Source: an uncultured Gammaproteobacteria bacterium
GTDB lineage: Bacteria > Patescibacteriota > Patescibacteriia > Magasanikbacterales > UBA922
Length of the DNA: 64,000 nt
Direction: 5' to 3'
Assembly (NCBI GenBank): GCA_964344965.1
Contig: CAYFPJ010000006.1
Coordinates: forward strand, 568-64,567
The notes beneath the pieces were generated by a model. It was not told the origin of the DNA and did not search any database. It was given only the letters and a program-made list of their open reading frames with translations. Each line of letters starts with the position of its first letter. Position 1 is the first letter of the stretch. The translations under genes and the position numbers were made by a program. Below are positions 1 through 8,479 of the stretch, piece by piece.

Positions 1-551
1 TGATATTTTTCTTCAATCAGAGCATCTGTTGTCCAGTCAATCAATTCTTGCATTTCTTTCGGCGTCAAATAAGCTGGCGTCGTATCAAAAAGCACACCGA
101 CGGATTCTCCAGCTTCATTAATCATGTGGACTTTATTCTCTTGCTTTTTGTATTCACCGCGATGTCCTTTGTCTTTGTCAACGTATTTTAGTAGTTCTTT
201 GTGAAAATGTTTGATTGTGTTTTCGTTGAATTTGATCGTTTTCCATGAATCAAAAACATTGTTCAAAAGTTCATAATAACCTTTGACTTCTTGGATATCT
301 CGATCGGCAAATTTTTGAACAGACAACCCCCGCATCATTTTTTCAATATCTTCGTCAGAGAGTTTTGCGCCCTCAATACGAGTAGATGCACCAGTTGAAG
401 TAATCAAGACAGATTTTTTCAGGCGACCCAAAACCTGAGGGCTTAGTTTTGCTCCGGCAATCCATTGCCCTTTGAGCTCATCAATTTTATTGATTTTGAG
501 CCAAATGTCGCTAGGGATATTTTGGAGGCGTTTGTCTAGCCTTCTTTGCAT
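1..551 (-). CDS. Fic family protein, N-terminal part; gene continues beyond the window start
   Basis: Minus-strand ATG at 549-551 and open to position 1. Translation MQRRLDKRLQNIPSDIWLKINKIDELKGQW...ITSTGASTRIEGAKLSDEDIEK matches the Fic_N-type N-terminal region (conserved TSxxxSxxIEG). The catalytic HPFx(D/E)GNGR motif would lie outside the window. Confidence 0.6.
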   Translation of the reverse strand, partial: MQRRLDKRLQNIPSDIWLKINKIDELKGQWIAGAKLSPQVLGRLKKSVLITSTGASTRIEGAKLSDEDIEKMMRGLSVQKFADRDIQEVKGYYELLNNVFDSWKTIKFNENTIKHFHKELLKYVDKDKGHRGEYKKQENKVHMINEAGESVGVLFDTTPAYLTPKEMQELIDWTTDALIEEKY

Positions 552-582
552 AGTATAATCTTATACTTTAACTATATAAGAT

Positions 583-626
583 TATATAAGATTAGACTTG
601 ACAAAGTCAAGAAACTGTGTTAATAT
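583..626. promoter_or_regulatory. Overlapping divergent sigma-70-like promoters sharing the palindrome CTTGACAAAGTCAAG (597-611)
   Basis: Plus strand: TTGACA (598-603), 17-bp spacer, TAATAT (621-626). Minus strand: TTGACT (rc of 606-611), 17-bp spacer, TATATA (rc of 583-588), reading toward the fic gene. The palindrome supplies both -35 hexamers. Confidence 0.45.
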
Positions 627-784
627 AAGTCATACAATTGAAATAAAAACCGCTAGTTTATACTGCCTAACCCGTAGGTAAACAGGGAAAATATGCGAAA
701 AATAGTCGTATTTTCACTGATTATCTGCGGGTTTTTTTGTTCTTTAACTAAGCGCCATCTTCCTGTCAGCTTGAGTCGGCTAAC

Positions 785-841
785 AAACGGACAAGCGGGG
801 ATAGCACAATTTTTGTGTTGTTTCCGTTTGTCCGTTTTTTT
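785..841 (+). terminator. Intrinsic terminator or attenuator hairpin in the long leader ahead of the cupin/NMT1-like operon
   Basis: AAACGGACAA (785-794) pairs with TTGTCCGTTT (828-837), with an inner hairpin CACAA-TTT-TTGTG, followed by the T-run GTTTTTTT (835-841). It lies about 150 nt downstream of the predicted transcription start and 60 nt upstream of the ATG at 900. Confidence 0.45.
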
Positions 842-899
842 AACATGCGGACTTACTACTTATTCAGCAGTATTTAATACTGCCTAATCAAAATGTACT

Positions 900-1739
900 A
901 TGGAAAAAACAATACCAGAGGTGCTTTATGGAGACCTCTCCAAAACACAAAAGGAGAAAAAATCTTGGGGGTATATTGGTCGGTTGTTTGGCAATTATGG
1001 CCATCGCAACATTAATGCGTTTACTGTTACCTTTAGCAAAGAAACCGTTTACTCGGAGTGGAGTATGACAGAAGCTGAAAATATAAGTGTTGTAGAGGCG
1101 GGTAGCGGTACAATTTTTTGGAATGGAAAGGAATATGATGTCGCTGAGGGATTTGCGATAAAGATTTTTCCAGGCCAGAAACCAATCGTTAAGCCAGCAG
1201 AGCCTTTGACTTTTTATTCGGTACAGATGCCAGCGCCAAAGGGTAAAAAGTTTACAGGAGAAAATTTGGACGAGTTATGTGTTCTCAATGTACGAAGCAA
1301 GCCTGATCAAGTATATGAGTATGAATCATTGGGACAAGAAATTATTACTCCAGCGTACGACGGTGGACTTGGGCTCCTTACTTTTACATTTGCGATAGAT
1401 AAAATTCCTTTGCACATTCATCCAAATTCAGACCGCATTATTCGACCATTCCCTGATTCTGGCGATGGATATACCTATGCGAAACCAAATATATATCAAA
1501 TGAATCCTGATACATATGCCGTGTTTCCAAAAGGGACCATCCACACGAACGGACCTGTGCCTGGGTCGGTTTACAAAGTATATGCCTTTCAGCTCCCATG
1601 GGTTGAGTCAGAAATAACTGAAAAAGAAATTGGTGGTGTGCCTGAATTTGTTACATATGTCGGAGAAACACCGCCAAGGGAGTTATGGAAAACAAAAGAA
1701 GATTTTTATCGTGTTATAGAACGACTGAGTGTAAAATAG
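900..1739 (+). CDS. cupin-fold protein (possibly phosphomannose-isomerase-like), hypothetical
   Basis: 279-aa ORF with a cupin-like metal-site segment FTFAIDKIPLHIHPNSDRIIRPF (GX5HXH-type). No signal peptide. No firm family assignment is possible from sequence alone. Confidence 0.4.
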   Translation: MEKTIPEVLYGDLSKTQKEKKSWGYIGRLFGNYGHRNINAFTVTFSKETVYSEWSMTEAENISVVEAGSGTIFWNGKEYDVAEGFAIKIFPGQKPIVKPAEPLTFYSVQMPAPKGKKFTGENLDELCVLNVRSKPDQVYEYESLGQEIITPAYDGGLGLLTFTFAIDKIPLHIHPNSDRIIRPFPDSGDGYTYAKPNIYQMNPDTYAVFPKGTIHTNGPVPGSVYKVYAFQLPWVESEITEKEIGGVPEFVTYVGETPPRELWKTKEDFYRVIERLSVK

Positions 1740-1794
1740 CAAGGCAAAGAAATGCAAAGTGCCTCTGGATGAGGTACTTTGTTTGTGATAAAAT

Positions 1795-3240
1795 GTGAAT
1801 GTTATGAGAAACAAAATAACAATTGGACACCTACCGATTCTCGATCATCTTATTCTTGGGATAGCGAAAGAGAAAGATACATTCAAGCATTTTTCACTCG
1901 ACGCGGAATTGTTTTCAAATTGGGACGATATAGCAAATGCTCTCACGAATAAAAAAATTGATGGTGCGTTTTTGCTGTTTCCTCTTGCACTTGATGTATT
2001 TCGGAAAACAAAGGACATACAACTTGTTCTCCTTGGACATAGAGAAGGACAGGTGTTGGCTGCCAACAAAGATATTAAAGGTATAAGAAATCTTAGAGGA
2101 AAAAAAGTCTTTGTGCCTCATATATTTTCTACCCATCATATTTTGCTGCACAAATTACTGCAGACAGAAGGACTCACCACACGTGATGTCACGTTGCAGG
2201 TCGGCAACAAAAATATCAAAGACATTGTTGGGGCGCTTGCTGGAAATGATATCCAGGCATTTATTGCTGCTGAGCCTTTTGGAACAGAGTCGCGTCGCTC
2301 CAAGGCAGGTCACATCTTGAGTCTGTCGCATGACGTACAAAGCCATCATATTGATTGTGTTTTGGTACTGAGGAAGGAATTGGTCAACAAACAGCCGGGT
2401 GTGTGCCAAGAATTGGTTGAAAGCTTGGTGAGAGCTGGAATGTTTATCAACGCGTACCCTCGTCAAGCCGCAGAGATGGGAGAAGGGTTTTTGGGGTGGT
2501 CAAAGAAGACGTTGATTGAAGGACTGACGCACGATAAGGGGCATATTTTGTTTTGGGATTTGTTGCCTCGTCTTCAGGATTTTGAAACATTACAAAATAC
2601 TGCAGTTGACGAAATGGGGTTGTGGAAAGACAAGATTGATTTGGAAGCGTTTGTGTATCCTCATTTTGCCCAAACAGCCTATAGAGAATGGATGATTGAT
2701 GTGCGTCGGGAGGTAAAAGATCGAGGCGAAGAACGAACCCTGCCGGGGAGTTTTCAAGAGGCTGTGCAGAGATTTTTAAAGTTTTTTCCTACCACACCGG
2801 CCACATCGATTGCCGGGCTAACATTTACGCGGCCGGGCGAAAAATATCCAAAAGATATCCGAAAGCTGAAAGAAGTTAAGGAGCCGTTTTCTGTGTTTCT
2901 TGAGAAAGTGTTTGATGGACAGGAATTTCTTGTACGAAGCATGTCCAAAGGAAAAAAGTCTTTTTCATTCCTCCGACCTGCTCACAACACGCTTCCTGAT
3001 CGTGTTTTGTGCGAATTGTCAATTGATACTGCACAGCGTTGCCTTCAAGCATTGCAATTTGGAGAAAAAATAAAAGTGTTTGCAGATTTTCATGACGATT
3101 CAGCTGAAGTAGACTTGGTGAGTCCAAAAAAAGAAATCATTATGTTGCAAAAAGGCGATGTGGTATGGTGTTCACTTGGGTATACAACGTTTCGTTTTTT
3201 GGTACTTTTGTTGGTTCAAGGAAATTTTTCTGGTGAATGA
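1795..3240 (+). CDS. NMT1/SsuA/THI5-like (NitT/TauT-type substrate-binding fold) protein without signal peptide, fused to a roughly 170-aa C-terminal domain of unknown function
   Basis: N-terminal roughly 300 aa (ITIGHLPILDHLILGIAKEKDTF...GALAGNDIQAFIAAEPFGTESRRSKAGHIL) resembles periplasmic-binding-protein type 2 NMT1/SsuA domains. No signal peptide is present, so it is predicted cytoplasmic. C-terminal region: FSVFLEKVFDGQEF...IIMLQKGDVVW. Confidence 0.5.
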   Translation: MNVMRNKITIGHLPILDHLILGIAKEKDTFKHFSLDAELFSNWDDIANALTNKKIDGAFLLFPLALDVFRKTKDIQLVLLGHREGQVLAANKDIKGIRNLRGKKVFVPHIFSTHHILLHKLLQTEGLTTRDVTLQVGNKNIKDIVGALAGNDIQAFIAAEPFGTESRRSKAGHILSLSHDVQSHHIDCVLVLRKELVNKQPGVCQELVESLVRAGMFINAYPRQAAEMGEGFLGWSKKTLIEGLTHDKGHILFWDLLPRLQDFETLQNTAVDEMGLWKDKIDLEAFVYPHFAQTAYREWMIDVRREVKDRGEERTLPGSFQEAVQRFLKFFPTTPATSIAGLTFTRPGEKYPKDIRKLKEVKEPFSVFLEKVFDGQEFLVRSMSKGKKSFSFLRPAHNTLPDRVLCELSIDTAQRCLQALQFGEKIKVFADFHDDSAEVDLVSPKKEIIMLQKGDVVWCSLGYTTFRFLVLLLVQGNFSGE

Positions 3241-3297
3241 TAATATCTTTGAGTTTTGCATAGTCGTCTATATGGCGATTTTATAATACGAAAATTT

Positions 3298-3334
3298 GTC
3301 CTGCCGAGAATACGGCAGGACTCCATGTTTTTTC
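3298..3334 (+). terminator. Rho-independent terminator after the NMT1-like gene
   Basis: GTCCTGCCG-AGAATA-CGGCAGGAC perfect 9-bp stem (3298-3321), followed by TCCATGTTTTTTCC. Confidence 0.7.
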
Positions 3335-3337
3335 CCT

Positions 3338-3374
3338 CATAAAATAAATCGTCCCGCAGAGGATACTGCGGGAC
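3338..3374 (-). terminator. Rho-independent terminator for the convergent minus-strand gene 3469..3900
   Basis: GTCCCGCAG-AGGATA-CTGCGGGAC (3351-3374) has nearly the same stem as the neighbouring terminator. On the minus strand it is followed by GATTTATTTT. Confidence 0.6.
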
Positions 3375-3395
3375 ACCACCGTCCACAAGTAGGTA

Positions 3396-3424
3396 TTGAC
3401 AGATATCTCGTGTTATGCGATAAT
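3396..3424 (+). promoter_or_regulatory. Strong sigma-70-like promoter consensus with no downstream plus-strand ORF (orphan, possibly antisense or sRNA)
   Basis: TTGACA (3396-3401), 17-bp spacer, GATAAT (3419-3424). It points into the 3' end of the minus-strand ORF 3469..3900. Confidence 0.3.
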
Positions 3425-3468
3425 ATATTCAGAAAAAGGCTTTCGGCCCGTAGTTCATATACTACAAT

Positions 3469-3900
3469 TTAGCGGAGAGTCCTTTTTTGTTTTTCAAGCG
3501 GGAATATTGAGATAAGAAATTTTTTGCCTGTTGATTTTTCCTCCTTTATCTGGACGTAGAATTTTTTACCATTCGGTGTAATGCCAGCAAACCTATGCAG
3601 GATTTCTGTTTTCTTGTTCGGATTTTCCTTTGAAGTTGGAATAAACGTTGATTTTTGAATCAACTCAAGTCCACAGGCAAAAAATTTCATTCGTCTCATT
3701 TGATCCCAAAAGTTTTTTTGGAATAAATGCTCCCAAAACATCTCGAGAAATACTTTATCTCGCTTAAAAAAGGCCGACTTTACGTACGGCTTTCTTTTTG
3801 ATTTCTTCCTTACTTCTTTGTATAGGCCGAAAGCCTTTTTCTTGATTTCGGTATAGCTCGTACCTGATAGTGGTTTAGTTTTTGTTTTATAGACTTGCAT
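3469..3900 (-). CDS. hypothetical basic (K/R-rich) protein
   Basis: 143-aa ORF with non-repetitive, lysine-rich composition. It has its own downstream hairpin terminator. A 16-bp inverted-repeat pair AAAAAGGCTTTCGGCC (3433-3448, and 3825-3840 in reverse-complement orientation) brackets most of the ORF. Confidence 0.4.
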   Translation of the reverse strand: MQVYKTKTKPLSGTSYTEIKKKAFGLYKEVRKKSKRKPYVKSAFFKRDKVFLEMFWEHLFQKNFWDQMRRMKFFACGLELIQKSTFIPTSKENPNKKTEILHRFAGITPNGKKFYVQIKEEKSTGKKFLISIFPLEKQKRTLR

Positions 3901-4016
3901 AACTAGTATATTCTACCATTTTATCACCCAAAAGAAAAGGTCAAAATTTGGGAGAAGACAACATGACAGTCTATTAAAAAATAAAAAAGTCACGTTGGCT
4001 GAACCTGCTATACGCT

Positions 4017-4049
4017 GTTAGGCGATGTATTTTTATAATCATTTTTCAA
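4017..4049. repeat. Left arm of a 33-bp inverted repeat flanking the 4050-4611 cassette
   Basis: GTTAGGCGATGTATTTTTATAATCATTTTTCAA is the reverse complement of 4612-4645 (TTGAAAAATGATTATAAAAATATTTCGCCTAAC) with 2 mismatches. Confidence 0.7.
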
Positions 4050-4072
4050 TATCAAATAACAAAGAAAACTTT

Positions 4073-4565
4073 TTATTTTTGCCCTTGGATTTGTTGCAGA
4101 CTTTCATAGAACCTCTGCTTGGCCGTACTAATAATCTCCATGCCTTTCATTATTTTTGCCAAACTTTCGGGGTCAGCACTGTACTTAGAGATGACGCGCT
4201 CTAAATCGGGATAGTGTGATCTCGCATCGTGTGCAATGTGGTGGTCAATATAGAGTCGAGCAAATCCTTTTTGGCGGCGTTGTCCACTACCATCGCTCGG
4301 ATTGGTCACGAACTCAGCAGGAAATTTCCTGCGCCTTTTCAATACCAGCCTTGAGTAATTCCTCGAAATGACGAGCCGCCAAATATCGCTGTTTAGCGAA
4401 TTCACGCCATTCATCTTGTGTAAGATTTCCGCTCTCGACAGCCTCTAACACAGGGTTATCAATCATCCTTTCGGTGATTTCTCTAAGGCGTGAATGGATT
4501 TGCTCGAGTCCAGCCTCAGCTTGCTCGATGTGAGCGCCATCTCGCGGTCCATCTGGATTAGTCAT
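4073..4565 (-). pseudogene. hypothetical protein split by an apparent frameshift (ORFs 4314..4565 and 4073..4414 overlap by 100 nt); GC-richer than its surroundings
   Basis: The upstream ORF ends ...EELLKAGIEKAQEISC* and the downstream frame continues KFPAEFVTNPSDGSG...IDHHIAHDARSHYPDLERVISKY.... The frame change falls at about 4320-4335, in GAAATTTCCTGC. The locus is flanked by a 33-bp IR pair. Confidence 0.4.
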
Positions 4566-4611
4566 AAATCTTTGTTTAGTGGTAGCAAAAATAAAAAGTT
4601 TTCCTCGTTAT

Positions 4612-4645
4612 TTGAAAAATGATTATAAAAATATTTCGCCTAACT
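4612..4645. repeat. Right arm of the 33-bp inverted repeat flanking the 4050-4611 cassette
   Basis: Reverse complement of 4017-4049 with 31/33 identity. Confidence 0.7.
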
Positions 4646-4704
4646 AGAAGTTATCTAGAATCTGATTGTATTTTATTCCCAAATCGGATATTATGCGGAA
4701 TATT

Positions 4705-6099
4705 TTAGACAGAACTTACTTCCTGCCCATCATCCCGATCCTTCACAACAAAACCAAGTCCACTAATCTCCTCCCGCAATCTATCACTTTCCTCCCAGTT
4801 TTTCTCATCCCGAGCTAACTGTCGAGCATCAAGCAGTTTTTGCACTTCTTCTGGAATTTCCACATTTTTTCGATTTGGATCATGAAGTTTCAATCCCAAG
4901 ACCTTATCAAACTCAATCACCATCTCGAGATCAAGCTGGTGATTTTTTAGTCCCTTCCAGAGGGTAGCTAGAGCTTCTGGCATATTGAGATCATCATTGA
5001 TAGCTGTGACAAATTGCTCGCGGACATAAGGATCACGAGCAGCATGGTCTGGGATATTGGCAACCAAATTGCGCAAGTTTTTCAAGCCACTAGCCGCAGC
5101 CTCGAGAGCTTCCCAAGAGAAGTTTAGCTGTTTGCGATAGTGGGTTTGCAAGAGGAAATAACGATAGGATAGGGGAGATACCTTTTTTTCTTTGAGCGTA
5201 TTCATGGTAATGAAATTTCCTTTTGATTTTCCCATTCTGGCTTCATCAATAACCAAAAACTCGCCATGCAGCCAAAAATTAACCCAAGGTTTAACACCAC
5301 TTGAGCTTTCAGCTTGAGCAACTTCATTGGTATGATGAACTGGAATATGATCTATCCCGCCACAGTGAATATCGAATTGATCTCCAAGATACTTCATACT
5401 CATGGCCGAACACTCGATGTGCCAACCAGGAAATCCTTTGAATCCGAAGGCTTCCCATTCCATCTGACGAACAGATCCTTCGCTTTGCTCAGGACTCGCA
5501 CCCTTCGGGACGCTTCGCTTCCACAAAGCAAAATCATGAGGATTTTTCTTTTCTCCCATATCCACTCTTTCGCCAGCTTTCAATTCTTGATTTTGGAGAT
5601 TGGCTAGCTTACCGTAGTCATCTAGCTTGGTGGTGTCGAAGTATATCCCGTCTGAAGTCTCATAAGTAAATCCTCTGTCAATCAAGGTTTGCACTTGGGC
5701 GATTTGTTCCTCAATATGATCGGTGGCCTTGCACCAAGTGTGAGGCTCTAGTAGGTTGAGCGCCTGCATATCATCTTTGAATGCTTGGGTGTAGAATTCT
5801 GCAATCTCCCAAGCCGTCTTACCTTCACGCTTTGATCCTTTTTCCATTTTATCCTCACCTTGGTCAGCATCATCAGTCAAGTGTCCAACGTCAGTTATGT
5901 TCATGACATGGTTGACCTCAAAACCATTGTATTTCAAAACACGACGCAGGATATCCTCGAAAACATAAGTACGAAGATTACCGATGTGAGCGTAGTTGTA
6001 GACAGTGGGGCCGCAGGTGTAGAGACCTACTTTTTTGTCTACCAATGGCTTGAATTCTTCCTTTTTTCGAGTGCGAGTGTTGTAGAGTGATAGAGTCAT
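4705..6099 (-). CDS. cysS: cysteine--tRNA ligase
   Basis: 464 aa with class I HIGH motif ([17 protein letters not shown]) and KMSKS-type RMGKSKGN. Full-length similarity to CysRS. Confidence 0.92.
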   Translation of the reverse strand: MTLSLYNTRTRKKEEFKPLVDKKVGLYTCGPTVYNYAHIGNLRTYVFEDILRRVLKYNGFEVNHVMNITDVGHLTDDADQGEDKMEKGSKREGKTAWEIAEFYTQAFKDDMQALNLLEPHTWCKATDHIEEQIAQVQTLIDRGFTYETSDGIYFDTTKLDDYGKLANLQNQELKAGERVDMGEKKNPHDFALWKRSVPKGASPEQSEGSVRQMEWEAFGFKGFPGWHIECSAMSMKYLGDQFDIHCGGIDHIPVHHTNEVAQAESSSGVKPWVNFWLHGEFLVIDEARMGKSKGNFITMNTLKEKKVSPLSYRYFLLQTHYRKQLNFSWEALEAAASGLKNLRNLVANIPDHAARDPYVREQFVTAINDDLNMPEALATLWKGLKNHQLDLEMVIEFDKVLGLKLHDPNRKNVEIPEEVQKLLDARQLARDEKNWEESDRLREEISGLGFVVKDRDDGQEVSSV

Positions 6100-6165
6100 A
6101 ATTTTGGTTTAATATTGATGGTATTGTAGCGTTTTTGAGTTGATTGGGCAAGATCAGTGGTTTTG

Positions 6166-6286
6166 CATAGTCCGAGCAACCCATCCTTGACCCTTCCCTT
6201 AAAAAGGGAAGGGAACTTTCTCAGGACATTTCTCCCCTTTTTAAGGGGAGGTGCCCGTAGGGCGGAGGGGTTGCTCGGACTATGTT
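6166..6286. repeat. GC-rich three-way palindromic element in the cysS / DUF559 divergent intergenic region
   Basis: 17-bp perfect outer stem CATAGTCCGAGCAACCC (6166-6182) pairs with GGGTTGCTCGGACTATG (6270-6286). It encloses two similar hairpins, CCCTTCCC-TTAAAAA-GGGAAGGG and CTCCCCTT-TTTA-AGGGGAG. The structure is symmetric, so it can form on either strand. Confidence 0.6.
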
Positions 6287-6312
6287 TCAAGAAATGATAT
6301 ATTAAAGCATGT

Positions 6313-6681
6313 ATGAACGAAACAATAAAAACAATTCTTGAGCGTAGTAGACGACTTAGAAAACAACCGACTCCAGCAGAAGAAGAACTTTGGAAATATT
6401 TACGTAAACGTCAATTTTATGGATTGCGTTTTCTCCGACAACACCCCATAAAATTTACTTACGACAAAAAAATAAACTATTTCATAGCAGATTTTTATTG
6501 CCATGCCAAAAAATTGATTATTGAGCTTGATGGTGGTGTTCATAAAAAACAAAAAGAGTGTGATCAAATGAGAGATGATACTCTAGAACAAATGGGATTT
6601 GAAATGGTTAGATTTCAAAATAAAGATATTCTTGAAAATATTGAATTTGTTTTACAAACTATTCACGAAAATATTTTATAG
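6313..6681 (+). CDS. DUF559 (Vsr-like PD-(D/E)xK endonuclease) domain protein
   Basis: QPTPAEEELWKYLRKRQFYGLRFLRQHPI...YFIADFYCHAKKLIIELDGGVHK is the canonical DUF559 motif pattern. Confidence 0.85.
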   Translation: MNETIKTILERSRRLRKQPTPAEEELWKYLRKRQFYGLRFLRQHPIKFTYDKKINYFIADFYCHAKKLIIELDGGVHKKQKECDQMRDDTLEQMGFEMVRFQNKDILENIEFVLQTIHENIL

Positions 6682-6741
6682 AAAGTAAGACAACTTTTCT
6701 TTAGTATGCTATAATATTCAATATATATTTATTTATGATAT

Positions 6742-7887
6742 ATGGGCTTGTTTAAGAAAAATGACTCCTATCTTGGTATAGACATTGGTGCTCATGGTAT
6801 CAAGGTAGTGGAACTTAGAAAATTCAAAGGAAGGCCACAACTATGGACTTATGGCGTTGCTGAGCATGAGATAGATATTCACATGCCAGACCAGAAAGAC
6901 AAGACCCCAGAAGAGTTGGTAGAGGAAGGTAAGATAGTTGGAAAGAAAGTAAAGAAAGGAAAAAGTTCTATCAGTTCCGAATCTTTTGGGGCAGAGGATC
7001 CGAGAGTCGAAAAATATGCCAAACTTCTCAAAAATGTTTTGGAAAAAGCAAAAACCACTACCCGACATGTCACTGCCAGTCTTCCTGTGTCGCATATTTT
7101 CCACGCTATTGTCACCTTACCCTTGGTAGATGAAAATAGAATTGACAGCATAATTGAGGCTGAATTGAAAAAAGTATTGGATCGACCTGTGGAGGAGATG
7201 CAAATAGTCCATCAGCAAATTCCAGATGAGGTGGCAAAAGAGAAGAAATATATGAGAGTCCTCGTGACTGCCGCCCCAAAAATTTTGGTAGGATTTTATA
7301 GTGCCATATTTGCCAAAGCAGGTCTTGAACTGAAAGAGCTGGAGACAGAAGCGTTTGCCATTGAGAGATCTCTCGTAGGTCGCGATCCTTCTACCATGAT
7401 GGTCGTCGATGTCGGGGCTGAGCGAACAAATTTTTTTATCATTGATCAGAGCTTGCCGATGACTCACCGGAGTGTGCAGATAGGTGGAAATAACATAAAT
7501 AGTATTTTGTCAGATAATCTTGGTATTGGTGAAGACATCGTGGAACAAATAAAGATAGACGCCTCGAGGTTGGATTGGAGTAAGATAGATAATTCTCTGT
7601 TTGGTCCCATTACCGAGCCAATTGTAAAAGAAATTGAATATAGTTTTGATTTGTTTTTGGGTCAGCTTGGTAATCAAAAGAAGAAACCTGAAAAAATAGT
7701 ATTGACTGGTGGTTCTGCTGCCTTTCCACTGCTAAAACAAGAAATTGAAAAACATTTTGACATGAAAGTTTTTGTGGGAGATCCTTGGGCCAGGGTGGTG
7801 TACCAGCAAGATTTGAAAGTCTTGCTTGATACTATTGGTCCGCGTATGGCTGTCAGTATCGGGCTTGCTCTTAGAAATATAATTTGA
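6742..7887 (+). CDS. pilM: type IV pilus assembly protein PilM (actin-like ATPase)
   Basis: N-terminal LGIDIGAHGIKVVEL is typical of PilM/FtsA actin-fold proteins. It is co-located with the pilin, prepilin peptidase and receiver genes. Confidence 0.65.
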   Translation: MGLFKKNDSYLGIDIGAHGIKVVELRKFKGRPQLWTYGVAEHEIDIHMPDQKDKTPEELVEEGKIVGKKVKKGKSSISSESFGAEDPRVEKYAKLLKNVLEKAKTTTRHVTASLPVSHIFHAIVTLPLVDENRIDSIIEAELKKVLDRPVEEMQIVHQQIPDEVAKEKKYMRVLVTAAPKILVGFYSAIFAKAGLELKELETEAFAIERSLVGRDPSTMMVVDVGAERTNFFIIDQSLPMTHRSVQIGGNNINSILSDNLGIGEDIVEQIKIDASRLDWSKIDNSLFGPITEPIVKEIEYSFDLFLGQLGNQKKKPEKIVLTGGSAAFPLLKQEIEKHFDMKVFVGDPWARVVYQQDLKVLLDTIGPRMAVSIGLALRNII

Positions 7888-8020
7888 AATCTATCCACAA
7901 CTAGATTGCAGTAATAAGCATATATATTTGTTATACTGTTTTATATAATAAATTAACTTCTCTAAAGAAGTATTGCAAAATGTAAAATAAACATTTTGTA
8001 GATTAAGTTTTAGAGAGTTA

Positions 8021-8051
8021 GAGTTCTCGTCCCGACAGGGTCGGGATTAAA
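8021..8051. repeat. Dispersed hairpin repeat, family TCGTCCCG...TCGGGATTAAA (copy A), immediately 5' of the receiver gene ATG
   Basis: GAGTTCTCGTCCCGAC-AGG-GTCGGGATTAAA. It is related to the copies at 37505-37541 and 49237-49270, and shares AGAGTTCTCG with 19727-19802. Confidence 0.55.
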
Positions 8052-8437
8052 TGAAAGATATGGCAAAAGAAATAAATATTTTATTGGTAGAAGATGATAC
8101 TTTTCTTGGCAACATCTATAAGACCAAATTTGAAATCGAAGGCTTCAAAGTGACTCATGTGGAAAATGGGCAAGAAGGTTTTGACACTGCCAAAAAGAAA
8201 AAACCAGATTTGATTTTGCTAGACATCTTACTTCCTAAGATGGATGGATTCGCCGTACTTACAAAATTGAAGGCAGATGCTGCCACCAAGGATATTCCTG
8301 TGATACTTCTCACCAATCTTGGACAAAAAGACGATGTTGAGAAGGGGTTGGAGATGGGGGCTTCAGACTATCTGATCAAGGCTCATTTCAAGCCATCAGA
8401 GACAGTCTCCAAGGTGAAGAAAGTTCTAAAAATGTAA
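8051..8437 (+). CDS. stand-alone response regulator receiver domain (CheY-like)
   Basis: LLVEDD...DLILLDILLPKMDG...LLT...K motifs are present (phospho-acceptor Asp, T, K). There is no output domain. Confidence 0.85.
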   Translation: MKDMAKEINILLVEDDTFLGNIYKTKFEIEGFKVTHVENGQEGFDTAKKKKPDLILLDILLPKMDGFAVLTKLKADAATKDIPVILLTNLGQKDDVEKGLEMGASDYLIKAHFKPSETVSKVKKVLKM

Positions 8438-8479
8438 TTTTTAGTTTACTATGTCCATAAATAGAGAGGGGGTGAGTAC

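Noticed and set aside
693-887. 64-aa ORF between the promoter at 598-626 and the cupin gene
   Set aside because: It is hydrophobic and low-complexity, and it overlaps the leader terminator hairpin at 785-841. A leader peptide is possible, but it is not supported as a gene.
630-900. TPP or guanidine riboswitch in the cupin/NMT1 leader
   Set aside because: No CUGAGA / ACCUGAUCUGGAUAAUGCCAGCGUAGGGA (TPP) signature and no ykkC signature was found. This is left as an unclassified leader.
1845-2466. Three minus-strand ORFs (74, 78 and 103 aa) inside the NMT1-like gene
   Set aside because: They are antisense to a well-supported 481-aa CDS and have S/C/R-rich composition typical of out-of-frame translation.
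3433-3840. 16-bp IR AAAAAGGCTTTCGGCC bracketing ORF 3469..3900 as a mobile cassette
   Set aside because: One arm lies inside the ORF and the arms are short. It is recorded under the ORF but not called a cassette.
5314-6090. Plus-strand ORFs inside cysS
   Set aside because: They are antisense to cysS, which has strong motif support.
6100-6312. T-box riboswitch upstream of cysS
   Set aside because: The cysS leader is structured, but it has no AGGGUGGNACCGCG T-box sequence or specifier-loop architecture. The element is symmetric, like a DNA palindrome.
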